From a virus: a stretch of DNA of 64,000 nucleotides. Below, one piece after another: positions 61,702 through 64,000 of this stretch. The position numbers and the translations under genes were made by a program. The stretch lies in the IMG/VR virus record IMGVR_UViG_3300045988_112752. One strand, 5' to 3'. How positions within the stretch are numbered: the first letter of the stretch is position 1; each line of letters opens with the position of its first letter. The notes under the pieces are model-generated. The model did not search any database. It was not told the DNA's origin and saw nothing but the letters and a program-made list of their open reading frames with translations.

Positions 61702-61778
61702 CCATACCAGGGAGGCTCCGGCCTCCCCTATTATAGAAAACATATAACATCACCAACTTTATAAATACTTTACTGATT

Positions 61779-62453
61779 ATGAGTACACCGAATTTTGCAT
61801 TAACAAATGCTTCACGTTATTTCGTGTTAGGAATGCCTGTATATTACACACAGGAAGAAATAGACGAGCGCGAACTCGACCAGGACCTTTTAGGCGAGTT
61901 TGACGAGATAGGCACAGAATTTAATTATGATGCCGTCAGAGGCAATGTAGCCTACGAACTGAAGGCGAAGGGATGGCACGATATAGCGGACTGTGACGGC
62001 GATCGCAATTATCCAACGTCTCTATTTTCAGAAAAAACGGTATCTATTAAGTGCGGCGACAATTCGATCGACATCACCATTCAAGCCGGCTGCACGTCTG
62101 GTTATTACCAGGCAGCCAATTTTGATTGGTTTGTAAATATCAAGACCTACAGAAAGGTAGATTATTATTACGAAACGTGTGATTATGATTACAACGACCT
62201 GTCAGCCGACGACGTGATCAACGACGATTGGTACGAGAACAAAGGCATGAGCAAGATTCACGCGGCACACATTCTCCGCAAAATCGAGTCTATTATAGAC
62301 GACTTGAAAAATGAGGCTGAGCTTGCCTTCTCACAGTATTGCGACGAGGAGTTGTTTTGCGATTTTATCGCCTTCAACGGTGAAGCCGGCTACAGCAAGA
62401 TGGGCAAACGCCTCTGGCAAGAAGTAGAAGAACTGAATAAGAAAACCGCTTAA
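61779..62453 (+). CDS. Hypothetical acidic early protein
   Basis: ORF track 224 aa. Confidence 0.6.
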   Translation: MSTPNFALTNASRYFVLGMPVYYTQEEIDERELDQDLLGEFDEIGTEFNYDAVRGNVAYELKAKGWHDIADCDGDRNYPTSLFSEKTVSIKCGDNSIDITIQAGCTSGYYQAANFDWFVNIKTYRKVDYYYETCDYDYNDLSADDVINDDWYENKGMSKIHAAHILRKIESIIDDLKNEAELAFSQYCDEELFCDFIAFNGEAGYSKMGKRLWQEVEELNKKTA

Positions 62454-62464
62454 ACAATATCATC

Positions 62465-62722
62465 ATGGCACCAACTATTATAATATCACGCACAACGAGC
62501 ACACGTGCCCTTCTCACGGCTTTATTTGCCGTCGTCGTGTTACTCGTCAGTCGCACGGTAGAAAACGCCCTGGCAGCCCTTAAAACGGCTCGCCAGTGGC
62601 TCCAGTCGCAGCACAGCTTTTATGGAGAAGATGGCGATCCCATCAAGTGCACCGGCTGGCAGTTCGTCGGCTACAATATCATTGCAGCGGTAGTGGCAAT
62701 ATTGCTCTGCATAAAGTATTAA
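62465..62722 (+). CDS. Small two-TM membrane protein
   Basis: ORF track 85 aa. Confidence 0.5.
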   Translation: MAPTIIISRTTSTRALLTALFAVVVLLVSRTVENALAALKTARQWLQSQHSFYGEDGDPIKCTGWQFVGYNIIAAVVAILLCIKY

Positions 62723-62775
62723 CCGCCTTATTATCGGCAAGTCAACATATCACCAACTTTTAAAATTTACAGATT

Positions 62776-63168
62776 ATGGCACAGATAGCATTATTCAACG
62801 TTACTAACGATTCACAGTATTTACCGCAGCGTCGCGACATATTCAACGAGGCACGATGGAAGGAGGCGAAACGCCTCCTGGCACAGGCCCTGAAGTTGAC
62901 AAGCAAGGAGGCAGGCAGATATACGTCGCGCTTCCTCCAGGATAGAATGGTCGGTGGAGACTTCCCGGCACCAGCAGGAGGCTATCACAATGGCATCACA
63001 TGTATTGCCAACGGCGGCGAACACAGCCAGCAGAGAGGCGAGTTTACTGTGTACGATATTATAGGCAGCTCGTATATTTACGAGGCTCCGACAGGCGATT
63101 TGTGTATTGCCAATATTCCAGAGGATGGCCAAACGGAATACTACCGTATAGCCGTATTGTCTTACTAA
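62776..63168 (+). CDS. Hypothetical early protein
   Basis: ORF track 130 aa. Confidence 0.6.
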   Translation: MAQIALFNVTNDSQYLPQRRDIFNEARWKEAKRLLAQALKLTSKEAGRYTSRFLQDRMVGGDFPAPAGGYHNGITCIANGGEHSQQRGEFTVYDIIGSSYIYEAPTGDLCIANIPEDGQTEYYRIAVLSY

Positions 63169-63238
63169 TCATCATTCACGGGCTGCGACTGGCAGCAGGG
63201 CAGCCCTATTATAGAACACTTTTAAAATTGAGAATATT

Positions 63239-64000
63239 ATGAACGAGATATTTGTCGAAGTAAAAAATCCTATTTGCAAAGATGGCTCGGTGTGGCTGTG
63301 GGAGTCTGAAAGCATAGAGATGGTGCGCTGCCTCGCATCCAAAGAAGATGCACAGAATTATATAGATCTGCATCATCAGTTTTGCCGTGAACGCGGCATG
63401 AAGGAAAAATCCTACAGCATCGGCACGCAGGCGGACTTTAGGGCGGCTGTAAAGAAGTATGAAGCCGACAAGAAGGCCAACGAGGTGAAGGAGTACGGCA
63501 AGCACGTTGACGCATTGATAGAGCGCAGACTGCTTGAAATTAAGGCCCTGGACGGACTTATTCAGGTGTGCCGTAAGTTTGACGGAAAGGTGCTTAATAA
63601 ACGCTTCCACGATGCCGTAAAGGACGTGACGGGCTTTTATAGTTCGTTCGGAGAATACCGCTTCGATTTGGAATGCTACGATTATTACAACTATACAGAG
63701 TATCGCCCTAACGTCTCATTGTCCGCCGACTGGAGCCACGGCATCAACCGTTACACCGGCAAGAAGAAGGAAGTGAATCCGAACGACTGGCAGTGGAACA
63801 CTGGCGACCGTCTGGAGGCAGAAAAAGCGGTTGCTGTTATAGAGCATTACAAAAACGGCCGACTTGCCGAAATCGAGAGATTGAAGGCTTCAAAAAAGAA
63901 GTATGCAGCCTATCTGCGACTTGCACGAAAAGCGGAGGCGATAATGAAGGATATGGAAGGTTACGACTACGAGATCCGCGAGTATGCCAAAGAGAAGGCA
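63239..64000 (+). CDS. Hypothetical early protein, 5' part (254 codons); continues beyond the window
   Basis: Own translation from the ATG at 63239 is open to the window end: MNEIFVEVKNPICKDGSVWLWESESIEMV...EIREYAKEKA. Not in the track because no stop is present. The minus ORF 63209-63610 is a shadow. Confidence 0.65.
   Translation, partial: MNEIFVEVKNPICKDGSVWLWESESIEMVRCLASKEDAQNYIDLHHQFCRERGMKEKSYSIGTQADFRAAVKKYEADKKANEVKEYGKHVDALIERRLLEIKALDGLIQVCRKFDGKVLNKRFHDAVKDVTGFYSSFGEYRFDLECYDYYNYTEYRPNVSLSADWSHGINRYTGKKKEVNPNDWQWNTGDRLEAEKAVAVIEHYKNGRLAEIERLKASKKKYAAYLRLARKAEAIMKDMEGYDYEIREYAKEKA

Noticed and set aside
63209-63610. 133-aa minus-strand ORF near the right edge
   Set aside because: The plus strand is open from the ATG at 63239 to the window end, has protein-like sequence and carries the early leader motif upstream. 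The minus ORF is its shadow.

Overview
The window looks like one contiguous piece of a large tailed dsDNA phage or prophage of a Bacteroidota (Bacteroides/Prevotella-like) host. Supporting signs are TTTG-N20-TAnnTTTG promoters, almost no Shine-Dalgarno sequences, and a lipoprotein with a CSSDDDD surface-export signal. Gene order: (1) 1-4204, minus strand: packaging operon with TerL (runs off the window), a frameshifted N6/N4 DNA methyltransferase and a PAPS-reductase-like gene. (2) Plus strand: holin-family gene and a 2369-aa tape measure. (3) A 0.7-kb AT-rich iteron region (candidate origin) next to an AEP/PriCT primase, then guanylate kinase, a ThyX-like gene and MazG. (4) tRNA-Met(CAT), S49 protease-scaffold, major capsid, and a gene with a textbook -1 frameshift signal. 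(5) A LysR regulator, small membrane and Cys-rich proteins, RtcB RNA ligase and YopX. (6) A 3.4-kb C5-cytosine methyltransferase island, a GNAT gene, portal, two tandem N6/N4 methyltransferases, tail/baseplate/fibre genes and a lysis cassette. (7) Minus-strand surface lipoprotein and two HTH-Zn-ribbon regulators facing a plus-strand early region that runs off the right edge. The most unusual locus is 32255-35670. There a circularly permuted C5-MTase core is flanked by about a dozen translationally coupled mini-ORFs, each of which looks like an isolated target-recognition domain. Other notable items are homopolymer G/C tracts at frame-switch points in DNA-modification genes, MTase paralogues with swapped centres, a conserved non-canonical promoter-like element in three copies, a triple operator with a structured leader, and several families of conserved gene-proximal leader motifs. 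All functional calls come from motif recognition by eye on the ORF track or my own translations; no database search or folding was possible.
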